Assembly (NCBI RefSeq): GCF_000281045.1
Contig: NW_008246068.1
Coordinates: 1,427,628 to 1,476,481 of the forward strand
Source of the DNA: Saprolegnia diclina VS20
Taxonomy: Eukaryota
Direction of reading: 5' to 3'
Length of the DNA stretch: 48,854 nt
The notes beneath the pieces were generated by a model, which saw nothing but the letters and a program-made list of their open reading frames with translations, was not told the origin of the DNA and did not search any database. Every line of letters starts with the position of its first letter. Position 1 is the first letter of the stretch. Shown here in pieces: positions 30,859-41,634 of the stretch. Both the position numbers and the translations under genes were made by a program.

Positions 30859-33209
30859 TTACTGCGGCGCATGAAGGTGTGCGAGGAGCTTCTCGTTCTT
30901 CTCGCATTCGCGCTGAAAGTCTCGAATGGCAGCCAAGTACGCCTGTTGCTTGCCCAGCAGCTAATCAAAGCATCAGTCTCGCGATACGTCCGCCAAACAC
31001 ACACCAGCTGATACTTGCTGTCGAGTGTGTCGACCGTGAGCTGCTTGGCGTCACATTGCACCTGCTGCTTGGCGACGTTGGCGCGCACGTTGCCAATGAC
31101 GGCGGTCATCTGGCTGAAGAAGATGTCGGTTGCCGCCTTGGACTTGAGCGCAATCTCAAAGTTGGCGTTGATGCTCTCGACCAGCGCGACTTCCTTCTCG
31201 AGGTACTCATGCGTCGCCTCGAGGGTGTTGTACACCGAGTAGTACTTGCGGGTCTCTTCCAGCGTCAGCGCCACCTACACAGCTGTTCTTAGAGTCGATC
31301 GAGATCGTGGACCGACCTCTTCGTAGAGCTCCATGAACCGCTTCTCGTACTGCAGCAGCTCGGCCTTGCAGGGAATGTCGTCAAGGAGCCGCAGCGCAGC
31401 AACGACGGCCCGCGCCTCCTTTCCAACCTCTTGTTTGAGCGCTGTGCGCTACGTAGCAATACATTGAAATCAAAATGCCTCCACCAAGAGTTCACCTTGG
31501 CAGCGAGAACAGATAGCTTGGCCTCGAGGCGCGCACGGCGAACATCGGTCTCAAAGCCTGGCAGCGCGTCCACTCGCGCCTGTGGCGCGCATTGCAGTCA
31601 AGGAACGCCGTGCGCACACAGCATACCTGAAGGTCCGTGAGCTCTTGCTTGCAGGCCGCCTTGAAGGTCGCCTCTTGGAGCTTTAAACTCGTGTGCAAGG
31701 AAATGAGCTCCTACAATGCTCTGTCGATCCAAGTTTGCAGCGGTGGTGTTGAGCGTACGCGCAATTTTGCCAAGTCGGAGCTTGTTTCATTGCTGGCGTC
31801 TTCGGCTGCCGCGATCGCTGCCTCGCGAGCTTTAAGCTCAGCGCGCGTCTCGTCCAGCGTCGCACACGCCATTTGCGCGACAGGGGCGGCGTCGACGAGG
31901 CGCGCATGGGTCGCTTGCAGCTGCGCCACGAGCGTTGCCTTGGACCATACGTCGTATCGCTGCCTCGTGCACAAGAAAAAGCGTACTTGTGCGTCGAACT
32001 TGGTCGTCAGGCGCTGCGCCTTGCGCTCGAGTCGCTGCGTCTCCGCGACGAGACTCAGTGCTGCCGCTTCTTCGGGGCAGCTGCGGCTCCGAATGTCCTC
32101 GGACGTCGTATCGTATAGCGCGACGGCCGCGTCAACCGCCTACGATCAGAAGTTGATGCCGAACTCAGCGCGACAAGGGTTACGAGCTACCTCGAGGTCC
32201 GCGACGCCAGTGTGACGCCATGAACGTTCCTACGGGCTCATGGCGCTTGTGTTCGAGGTATCACTTTGGTACCTGCGCTACAGTGGCAACGCGAAGCAAC
32301 TCTTCCTCGCGCACCATGTCTTCTTGCAATGCTAGCTCTTCGGCGGCCAACGCCTCGGACGCAGCAGTCTGGTACTGTCGGTCAAACTCTGTGAGAGGTG
32401 TCGCCACGGAGCTGGACGCCAACCGACTATGGCAACGACTGCGTGAGCAGAGCGCAGATATTGTGGCGTCAAACCGCAGCTGCGCTGCCATTGCCTGCTT
32501 GGCAATGTCGTGGAGAAATCCCTTGGGCTCGTCCGTGGACGGACTGGGATGCGCGATGCGCACGACGCGCGCCGTCGTCTTCTCGCCGTACTCGAGAAGG
32601 CAACGCTGGATGCGCTCTTGCTCCGAAAGAGACTTTCCCGGCGCCTACGACACGGTCAGAGTCGTGGGCCATCTGGCTCGAGATGCGAACATGAAACTTG
32701 GACCGGCGGGAAACCGCGTACGTTGGGGCCCGAGGACGAACGACGGGCGATGGTGCAGAGACCGTGCGCCACTGAGCCTCAATCGCGCTCGCAACGCGTG
32801 TGTTGAGCTTGAGCTGTGTGTGCTGAACGAGCCACGCGACGACTTGGCGTAGCTTTTCGTAGTTGGCCCCTTGCAGCTCGTGGACGCTCAAGTTGAGCGT
32901 CGTCTTGGAGTTGGTGGCTTGTGTGTACGACTGCAGCGCGGTGTTGAAGCTGTCACAGATGGCCTCTGCAACGCGAACACGCTCTTTGACGCTCGCGACG
33001 GGGCGGAAGAGGATGTCGCAGTCGACGCTCGTCAGTTCTTCCGACTGGAGGCAGAAGACGAGGCCGCCCACGACGCGCTCAAAGATCGGGATCTCGGCCA
33101 CGGACGCGCGGGGGTACCCATGCGCCACCAGCATGGCTACGCATTCCTGCGCGAGCTTGGCCTTCTCCGCGTCCTCGGCGCTCGGCCCTGCGTCCAACTG
33201 GTTTGCCAT
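30859..33209 (-). CDS. CCDC93: Coiled-coil domain-containing protein 93 (CCC/Commander complex), multi-exon
   Basis: N-terminal LVAHGYPRA....FERVVGGLVFCL and HELQGANY. C-terminal DDIPCKAELLQYEKRFMELYEE-VALTLEETRKYYSVYNTL...YLEKEV.L. Stop at 30859. Confidence 0.88.
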
Positions 33210-33361
33210 CGTATCCAAAGCGAAGATTTCGTTGTCCGGTTAACAAGCTCAGGAAATCCGGATAGAATCTCGCCACCGGAGATCGTGGCACTTGCTGGCG
33301 AGAGCGGAGGAGTTGCGCATCAGATAACGAAGCAAGCATTTGACCATTGACGCCCGAGGGC

Positions 33362-33838
33362 ATGGAGCTGGTTCCAGCCACGTGGCACCTCTACCCACCC
33401 ATGGGACTACTCGTTCAGACGCCAGCGCCGCTCAAGGCGGACCTCTGCGCGCCACCAGCGTCATCCAAGTGGCGTCAGCATCCCGTGTCGACGGCCATTT
33501 TTGTCGTCTCTTGCTTGGCGACCGTGGTAGTACTTCTCGACTTGGTCATCGCTGGCAACTCGCCCACGACACAGCCAGCCTCGGTGACGATTGCTGCAAA
33601 CACAACGGCGACGACACCCACCGCAGCTCTTCGCCTGGACGACGCTGCGTCAAGTACCGGTGACCCGCCAAGCACTCAGCTGCGAGAAATGCTCGCGCTT
33701 CTTCTTCTTATTCTCGTTGGCGCTGGTGCGTACTTGATGCAACGCCGAGCCCAGTCTACCACGCCCACGGAGATCAAGATTTGTGGCCAAGAGGGGCCAA
33801 AGCCCGTGTGCCTCACGGTCGTGCCGGCGCCCTTGTAA
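33362..33838 (+). CDS. Hypothetical two-TM protein (~158 aa)
   Basis: Two hydrophobic segments (AIFVVSCLATVVVLLDLVIA; MLALLLLILVGAGAYLM) flank a Thr/Ala-rich loop. Confidence 0.55.
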   Translation: MELVPATWHLYPPMGLLVQTPAPLKADLCAPPASSKWRQHPVSTAIFVVSCLATVVVLLDLVIAGNSPTTQPASVTIAANTTATTPTAALRLDDAASSTGDPPSTQLREMLALLLLILVGAGAYLMQRRAQSTTPTEIKICGQEGPKPVCLTVVPAPL

Positions 33839-33882
33839 AATATATTCGTTGTTGACGTGCAAGATTGAGTATTGCGCATACG

Positions 33883-35104
33883 TTAAAGGCCTTGCCCGTC
33901 GACCCCGCTCGCAACGCTGACGGGTCCAGAGAGGCGACAACGGCCGGAGCCCGCGCTGAGCTCCGAGGACCGCGTTCGCTGCACTCGTTGCTCGATCTCA
34001 GTGAGAACCGACGTTGCTGCCGCATCGAGCTCGGTCGATCGCGGCACCTCTGTCCGGTAGATGTGCAAATCAAAGAACTCTCGCCACGCCACGTCATCTA
34101 CGCAACCCTTGCTTCCTAACCGACACAATGGATGCTGGACCTTGGTCGGAAAAGACGGGAACGAGAAGAGACTCGTCGTCGGGGCCGCAGATTCGCGCGC
34201 CTACACCTTGCCTATGAGCTTGAATGCATCCATGCGCGTCCAGAGACTCGTAGGTGTCTTCAGCGACGTCGTGTCTGAGAGCGGAATGATCTTGATCTTG
34301 TCTACGTCCATAGAATGTAATGTGTGTCCAAGCTGTCATGTGTACCGCTAGATGTATCCGGTCGTGATAGAGGACTCGCGCCTACGTTGCACCATGAGAC
34401 CTCGATATTTCGGCTTGCTTCTTGCACCGCTAGCGTCGACAACGGGCGCAATGCGGTGCGACGCGGAGGACACCTTGATGCTCTCTGGCACATAGCGTTG
34501 CCGCTGCAATACGACCCAGAGCATGGACGCGGCGCCCACCACGGCCAGTACGATAGCGAAATATACCCAATCCAGGGGTAGCACCATAGAGTCGAGCCAT
34601 GGGAGCAGATGGGTGTCGTCGCTCTGTGTGGCGTTTCCGTGGCTCGTGTTGGCATAGCCCAGAACAAATTCACCTACGGCGAGCTCGCGTTTTGATTCAA
34701 CCTGCAATGCGAGTGTACCAATGACGGGCGGGTGCACATCGCGCCGGATCGTGAGCTGGAACGGGTACAGGACGTAGAAGCCCGATGCGCAGTTCACGAG
34801 CTGGAGCGTGTAGGTGTTCATCGCCAAGTCCAGGTCGCTCAAGAAGGTGAACCAATCGAGCTACAAGTGCGCGAACTCTGAGATGACCTGCACCAAACGG
34901 ACGCAAGCGTACGCGTTCAACAACGTCCGTTGTCGCACCGCTAAAGCCTATCGCTGTAATGCGCAGCGCGCAGGGAACGCTCGTGGTCTCATCACCGACG
35001 GCCGTGCAGCCATCTCCACAGGACGTCGCGGTCGTCGTCGAGTCGAGCTGCTGCCGGGCGTCTGCGGTGGCCTTGACGATGATCGCGATCGTCGAGGCCA
35101 TGGC
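33883..35104 (-). CDS. Hypothetical multi-exon single-pass membrane protein (boundaries uncertain)
   Basis: Coding-like segments 34348-34842 (TM WVYFAIVLAVVGAASMLWVVL) and 33883-34128 (VDDVAWREFFDLHIYR), separated by intron-like GT..AG stretches. Exact structure is not resolved. Confidence 0.4.
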
Positions 35105-35399
35105 GGTTTTGGGATTCCGCACCTAAACGAGGCGAACTTGACGAGGACAAGATCGCGAGTAGGGTTCCGAGGAGATGGGTTTTGGCGCCAAATCTTGGTC
35201 GCTTGATATTTTGGCCACTACCGTACTCTGCTTGAGCACATTTCGGAGAACGATCACAGAACAGTGCAGCATGCCACAGTTTCAAATTGTAAAGGTGCAT
35301 TTGGCCTCACCACAAAGTAACACGAAAAAGACGTTGAACGTGGTTTTCTACGACACGGAGAACCACGCTTATGTGTTGCTTCCTACTGGCATAGGAGGC

Positions 35400-36836
35400 T
35401 CAAAGCACAGCAACACTATCGCGCTGCCACATGGATCGACCGTCCGCTGTGTCGCGGTGACCGTCGGCGAAAAAGTCGACGTCCTTGTCTTCTTCAAGCT
35501 TGCGCCGGTTGCGAAGAACGACGAGTGCAACCGCAGCGACGCCGACGGCGCAGACCAAGCTCGTCACCACGGGCAGCGTTACGTTGTCGGGCGAATCGCT
35601 GGACGATGTTGTCACTTCTTGGACGTTGGCGATAGGCGCCGTCGTGGCTGGCGCAGCACCCGTAGCTGCGACGGATTCATCGAGTACGGGCAATGTGACC
35701 GGAACCGTCACATCAATGACGCTTTCCAACGTGTCGTTGGCCGACGTAGGTACGGGCGTTGTAGTGTTGTGCTCGGCTGTAGCGTTGGTCGGTGCTGGCG
35801 TCGTTTCGGCGGTTGTCGGCGCCGGAGTCGTCGTCGCCGGTACAGTCGTAGTCGGTGCTGGAGTCGGCGCTGGCGTCGGGGCCGGGGTCGTCACTGCAGG
35901 CGCGACGTTGAACTTCCAGGTGAACCCATCGGCCGAGATACCAAAGTGACCTTCGTCGCCACCCTTGTTGGTCGCATCGTGGAACTGAAAGTAAAATGGC
36001 GACGGCCCGCCGTTCGAGTTGGTCCAAGTCTGGTACTGATTCCAGTAGTTTTGCGCAGCACCAAAGTTGGCGCGACCACCGCCGTCGGACGGGTGGCCAG
36101 TCTCTGTGAGGCGCGCCTTCCCGCCGTACTTGGCGACGATGGCGTTGAAGCGCTTCGTGAGGTCCGCGATCGAGTCGCTCGGAACGGACGGGTTGAAGTA
36201 CGGATAAATGTTGACGCCGACGACGTCACAGTTGGCGCCGAGCGAGCCGTCGGCATCGAGCCACGACCCATCAGTCTGCACGGTCCCGATCGGGATGTGG
36301 CCGAGACCCGCAGCCTTGAATGCTGCGCGCGTCGTCTGAATTTTGGAGATGACGTCGCCGATACCAAGGCCGGAGACGAGGTCTTCGTTGCCGACGTAGA
36401 CCGCGAGGACGTTGCCCGGGTGGCGTTTGGTGCCGTCGACAGCAGCCTGGAGGTCGTCGGCGAATGGCACACCACCGCGGATCCAGATGCCCGCGGCGAT
36501 TTGGAGGTTGGCTTTGGCAGCCGCGTCAATGAGGTTGACCTTGCCTTCGACAGTCGTTTGGTACGTGCGCACGGAGCCAAACTTGGACTTGATAACGGCA
36601 AAGTGCTTGTCCACGCTCGAGACGGCTTGATACGAGTCGTAGCAGACACCGTTGAGGCCGCCCGCGCCCGTGCGCGCAGCTTCGGTCGTCGTGTCGGTGC
36701 CGAGCCCGACAAGCGCCAAAGCGACGGCGCCGACAGCGGCAAAAGCCGACACGAGGATCGCGATTTTCTTCTTGGGCGAGAGCGTCCACTTGGATACGAC
36801 GGGCCCGGCCGTCGTGGGTGTGTTGAGAGCCTCCAT
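35400..36836 (-). CDS. GH17 beta-1,3-glucanase/glucanosyltransferase with N- and C-terminal TM segments and a Thr/Pro-rich stalk
   Basis: GVCYD, SVRTY, VYVGNED (acid/base Glu), VGVNIYPYF, LTETGHPS (nucleophile Glu), YFQFHD and EGHFGI; PAPT repeats. An alternative ATG lies at 36875. Confidence 0.92.
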   Translation of the reverse strand: MEALNTPTTAGPVVSKWTLSPKKKIAILVSAFAAVGAVALALVGLGTDTTTEAARTGAGGLNGVCYDSYQAVSSVDKHFAVIKSKFGSVRTYQTTVEGKVNLIDAAAKANLQIAAGIWIRGGVPFADDLQAAVDGTKRHPGNVLAVYVGNEDLVSGLGIGDVISKIQTTRAAFKAAGLGHIPIGTVQTDGSWLDADGSLGANCDVVGVNIYPYFNPSVPSDSIADLTKRFNAIVAKYGGKARLTETGHPSDGGGRANFGAAQNYWNQYQTWTNSNGGPSPFYFQFHDATNKGGDEGHFGISADGFTWKFNVAPAVTTPAPTPAPTPAPTTTVPATTTPAPTTAETTPAPTNATAEHNTTTPVPTSANDTLESVIDVTVPVTLPVLDESVAATGAAPATTAPIANVQEVTTSSSDSPDNVTLPVVTSLVCAVGVAAVALVVLRNRRKLEEDKDVDFFADGHRDTADGRSMWQRDSVAVL

Positions 36837-38638
36837 GGGACCAGAGACGTCGCGTTCACAAATGACACGCTCCATGTTGCAGGTACTACAGTAAAGGAGG
36901 CTTCTTTTGCACACTGTACCTACTCACCGCCTGTCTGCAATCGTCCGTCGCAAGCGCTTTCATTGGCACGGGATATGCGTAATGCCATTCGTCACGCACA
37001 TTGCGCCTTAAGAAAGCCAAGTTGCTTTTCGCTACCTTGCGCAATGTATGGGAAGTAAAAGTATACACAGGTGTCGGTCACGCCGCAACAGCAACCAGCT
37101 GCAGCAGAAACACACACGGGCCGTCTTTGCCACTTCAAGCGTTCGGGCGCGTTCTCTTTGCGCTGCTGGGACTGTCGCTCGGGCAGCGTTCGATACCTAA
37201 CGCTTGGAATGTGAGCCAACATTTCAACCTGGCAGGGTTTATAAACAGTTCACAGACCCTTGGTGTCGGTCACCAAAGCATTTTGTAGGTTTCCCTGTCG
37301 ACGGATATACATGCAAGCATCTCACCAGCATGCCGGCAACACTCGCAGAGCGCTTCTTCGGTTGACAGTGTTAACCGATCACGAAATCTGCGTCGCTTTG
37401 GGCAATTATTCAGCACCTCCGTCCTGCTCGTTTGTCAACAATTTCTGTTCTCGACCAAACCGAGTGACTGCTTTGGATGGAGTGCAGCCCAAAGAATGAG
37501 AGGTGTCACCGAAGAAGCGGAGTGCTGAACCAGAGCGAGAGCTGGCCGGCGGTTACATGCAGACGAGCAAGAGTTCAAGCTTTTCAAAGTTGAAGCCTAG
37601 CCAGGCAAGCGGGGACATTTCACGGCAAAGTCGCGCATCGGTCCTGGTAGCAGTGCCTGTGAGCGACAAGTGACCAGAGCGTGTGGAAAGTGCATCATAA
37701 TGGGTCACCGTAACGTTATCCGGTTTTGAATTGCACGACTGGCTTACGCTCCGCTCCTGATTGTTGGACGCCATTGACATTCTTGATGACTGCAGCTCGA
37801 GTCGTACAACATCGGTAGCGTCTACAACGACCACACTATGAAAAGAGGCGCCAACGTCTAAGAGCATGGGGCATTTTTCGTAGATAAATTTCGCAGGCAT
37901 GCCATCCCAATCAACTGCGCACGTCATTTTTGCCTGGCCGGCTCAGAGTCCACGTAAACTCGACAACTCCCTTGTCGTCTTATCAGTTGCGCCACCAGAG
38001 CATACATGATCTGTGTACGTTATACTAGTATGGAGCAGAATCGTGCCATTTCCAAGAAGTTGAAGAGGTTTTCCGCGCAAGGCCGAGCGTTCCAGAAGAC
38101 CAAGACATGAAAGCACGCACACGTTACAAGATCCAGGTGCCGAGCAAGCGAGCTCGAGCCATCCACGAATTTATAGTATCAGTCAAAAGCTAACCCGCCT
38201 CGACCACCTCTGGCATGGCGGACACCAACACGGTTGTTGCCCCCAAGTAAGCTCGGTCTTGCTAGTGGAAACGACTATTGTCGGTGACGGTGCATCCGAA
38301 CCGGTATGCATTGATACCGTTCTACCTCCCTACTACAGACATATTCTGCGTTAATTGATAAAAGATCTGAAAAGCGTGGGATTTTACCCATGTGTTGGGC
38401 ATTTTAGAGAAATGCCAGCCGTACGATAGGCCCTGGAACGACATGTGGCGTTGGTAATCCTACTTGGTATATCTATGTGAATACTGAATGCAAGATAATA
38501 AGTTCTGCTTGTAACACAACTCACATTTTGTATTGACATACTGAACACGGGCTTATTCTTGTCAATTAACGCGGTTGTCAATTAACGCAGAGGATGTCTG
38601 TACTCATTTCTGATATCGGAACCGTGAAATACTACCGG

Positions 38639-38647
38639 TAGATAGAC

Positions 38648-38738
<91 letters not shown>
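38639..38738. repeat. (GATA)n microsatellite, ~25 units with one GACA variant, running into an assembly gap
   Basis: Directly visible tandem repeat. Confidence 0.98.
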
Positions 38739-38838
38739 NNNNNNNNNNNNNNNNNNNNNNNNNNNNNNNNNNNNNNNNNNNNNNNNNNNNNNNNNNNNNN
38801 NNNNNNNNNNNNNNNNNNNNNNNNNNNNNNNNNNNNNN
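38739..38838. other. Assembly gap (100 N, probably a placeholder size)
   Basis: Run of N. Confidence 0.99.
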
Positions 38839-39960
38839 ACTGTACTGCATATTGCCGACTGATTGATTACGAACTTTGCAAGTACTGTGTGAGTTAGCGC
38901 CTTCTGAATCAGTTTTACCAGTTGAAGCATGACGCTATATCGGTATTAAAATCATCGAAAGCACGCGTGGAGGCAGACAGATGATAGGCTTCGCCGACAT
39001 CAGCCTCGTCCCCTCTGCACAACTACCTCACGTGGCAATTGCGGCAGCGACGCCGATCGACTGGTACACGTCCACGAATACTGCCATGCAAAGCTGTCCC
39101 CGTTTCTTGTGCAATCGATGACGACGTCGTATAACGAGGAGCTTCCAATCTAATGCACTTCGTCCTCGACCGATTTTTCAATGTGTAGGATAACGTCGCA
39201 CAGGATGTTTGCGTATTACTTGTTACGTCAGTACGTTCGTTGAGTTTGCTTCGTCTGCGCGTCGTCATGACGGCGACGATAGCTGGCGACGAATCCACAA
39301 CAGAGGTGCGTCCTTCGATCGTTGACCTGCACATAGGGTATATCTTTGGCCTGCACAGAAGGTAAGCTTTGTCCATCTGCTTTTGACACATCGACACAAG
39401 ATTGGGCCAGCGCTCTCTGGCGTCATCGCGGCCGTCGTTTACGGAGTGCTGAGAGAGATCATGCAGCTGATCATACTTGCTGCGAGTCGTGAACATCCAA
39501 ATCTGTCGCCAGTCCATCCGTCTTGTTCGTTTAGCACCGCATGATAACCTCATGCAGCGCTGTCACGTGGTCGCGTTCCATCGAACGCTCCACGTGGTGG
39601 CGTTCGAATGCGTTTTACGGCAAACCTCTCGTCGTAGGGTGATAGATGACGAAAGGCTCGACACCGCTTCGATCGGTGTAATGCCCAGAGTGGTGGCATG
39701 CTACTCTTGCCGCGCCGAGGCCGTCCCGCGGGCTGCGAGATGGCGACGAAGGATCGTTGTTGTCTGTTGTGAGCGCTTCTTGTACCGCGTTGCAGCTGCG
39801 GGTTGGCGCCATGTTGCATCGGTGGCTACAAATAGCACAGAACCAGATCTTTTGGCAGCAGCCGGTGGCGTGACCACTTGCCATCCATCTTGGCTGCGCT
39901 TATACACGCCGACTCCATTCGACAGCGCCTCAGTTGGCTTCTTCCATCCCACACAGCAGC

Positions 39961-41565
39961 ATGATGGACATGGCGTACGTCGGGGGTGCGCAGCGCGTGG
40001 ACAAAATCTTTGGCGAGCAGGCACAGTCGCTCCGCCCCAAGCCGCTGCGGCCCTCCACCGAGGCGCGTCTGGTCGAGCTCATGGAGAAGCGATCGTCCGA
40101 CTTTGTCAAGCTCATGCTCGATGGGCCATCGACCCTCCGATTTGTGCGCGAGAAGCGGGGCGTGGCACTCCTCGAAGGACACAACCACAAGAAGCAGTAC
40201 ATGGTCAAGGCGACGACGACGGTGCAGGGCTCTGTCGAGGACATTCTTCTCTCGTTTCAGATGAACAACACGTGGGACTTCGACACGACGATGCACAAGT
40301 TCTTCGACTTGTACGCGAACAAGGGCGCGACGCTCTCGACGGTCGCGTCGCAGCCCATCGCGGTGCACTGGATGTCGCTCAACACGGACAAGATCGAGTC
40401 CCGCGACTTTGTGTTTGCTTCGCACGCGCGCTTTTACGAGCACACGGACGCCGGCCTCTGCCTCCTCCCGTTCACGTCCCGCTCGGACGCGACGTCCGGG
40501 TCGCTCGTCTGGGAGTCGGTGGACCTCGCCAAGGAAATTCCGCTCCTGCGCCAGACAACGACGGGCTGCACCCGCTACTACTTTCGCCACGCTGGATTTT
40601 ACGTCGAAACGACGAGCGAAGACGATACATGCCGCGTGTCCTTTGCCCTCTCGTTGGACAACGACGCGGGCTCCGTCGGCGGCTCCAAGTGGATGCACAA
40701 CCTCGCGCTGAGTCTCGAGAACCTCGCGCGCGCGCTGCGGCGCATCGAGCTCGTCCCGAAAGAGAAATGGCACCACCGCGAACACTGCACGCTGTGCAAA
40801 AAATCGTTCCGCGCGTTCCGCCGGCGCCACCACTGCCGGCTTTGCGGCGAGTCCATTTGCGGAGACTGCTCCAAGACGATGCAACTGGACACGCCGGTAA
40901 TCGACCACGGCCAGCGCGTCGAGCTCACGAGTCTCCGGAGCTGTCTCCGGTGTTTCGACACATGTGGCAGCTCGTCGTCCGACCGCCGGTCCCGGTCGAG
41001 CACAGCGTCGTTCGAGTATACACGCAGCTTTGACGAGCCGCGGACACATCAAAGCACTTCGTCCTCGGCGAACCTCACCAAGAGCTTCGCTTCGTCCAGC
41101 GGCAGCTTTGACGAGTCGGTCAAGCCGCGTCGTCAGCGACTGCCATCTTCGTCGCAGGCGTCGGTTGTCTCGGCAAGTGAGATCTCGGCGCTGGACGAGC
41201 TCCTCGGCACGTCGCTGCGGTCCGTCGACTCGTCTGCACGTTTATTGCAGACAAAAGGATCATTTGTAAACCTGCATCCAGTCAACACACCGACGCCGCC
41301 TGTCGCGGAGACTGACCGCGAGAGTCTCAACAGCCTTGACGATCGGTCATCGTCTGGCTCGGAGGTTTACGTGCTCGACGACGAAAACGGGTTCGACGTT
41401 AGCGCCGGTGGGCGCAGCGCCAAGCGACCGGCGTCACCGTCATCTGCTGGCGACGTACCCGTGCAGCCCCAGCCCGAGCCGCTGGGCTTCGTGGTCTTTG
41501 ACGGCACCAAGAAGCAGCCGTCCGAGCCGGCCCTTGTCTCCGATATGATCAAGCTCCAGATGTAG
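39961..41565 (+). CDS. START-like domain + FYVE zinc finger protein
   Basis: RGVALLEG, AVHWMSL, SRDFVF, VWESVDL and AGFYVE, then LVPKEKW...CTLCKKSFRAFRRRHHCRLCGESICGDC...RSCLRC. Confidence 0.9.
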   Translation: MMDMAYVGGAQRVDKIFGEQAQSLRPKPLRPSTEARLVELMEKRSSDFVKLMLDGPSTLRFVREKRGVALLEGHNHKKQYMVKATTTVQGSVEDILLSFQMNNTWDFDTTMHKFFDLYANKGATLSTVASQPIAVHWMSLNTDKIESRDFVFASHARFYEHTDAGLCLLPFTSRSDATSGSLVWESVDLAKEIPLLRQTTTGCTRYYFRHAGFYVETTSEDDTCRVSFALSLDNDAGSVGGSKWMHNLALSLENLARALRRIELVPKEKWHHREHCTLCKKSFRAFRRRHHCRLCGESICGDCSKTMQLDTPVIDHGQRVELTSLRSCLRCFDTCGSSSSDRRSRSSTASFEYTRSFDEPRTHQSTSSSANLTKSFASSSGSFDESVKPRRQRLPSSSQASVVSASEISALDELLGTSLRSVDSSARLLQTKGSFVNLHPVNTPTPPVAETDRESLNSLDDRSSSGSEVYVLDDENGFDVSAGGRSAKRPASPSSAGDVPVQPQPEPLGFVVFDGTKKQPSEPALVSDMIKLQM

Positions 41566-41634
41566 TCGTATCCCTCACTGTTTCCATCGATGGCAGTACC
41601 ACCGGTGAAGCAGCAACGACCGGTATTAGAGTAA

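Noticed and set aside
35175..37058. 627-aa plus-strand ORF, and similar long ORFs such as 4588-5352, 9051-9926, 27555-28343, 29253-30266, 39477-41033 and 39826-41052
   Set aside because: Antisense or alternative-frame shadows of real GC3-rich genes; Arg/Val/Gly-rich with no recognisable motifs.
38604..38930. ORFs with (SIYL)n repeats
   Set aside because: Translation of the GATA microsatellite and the N gap.
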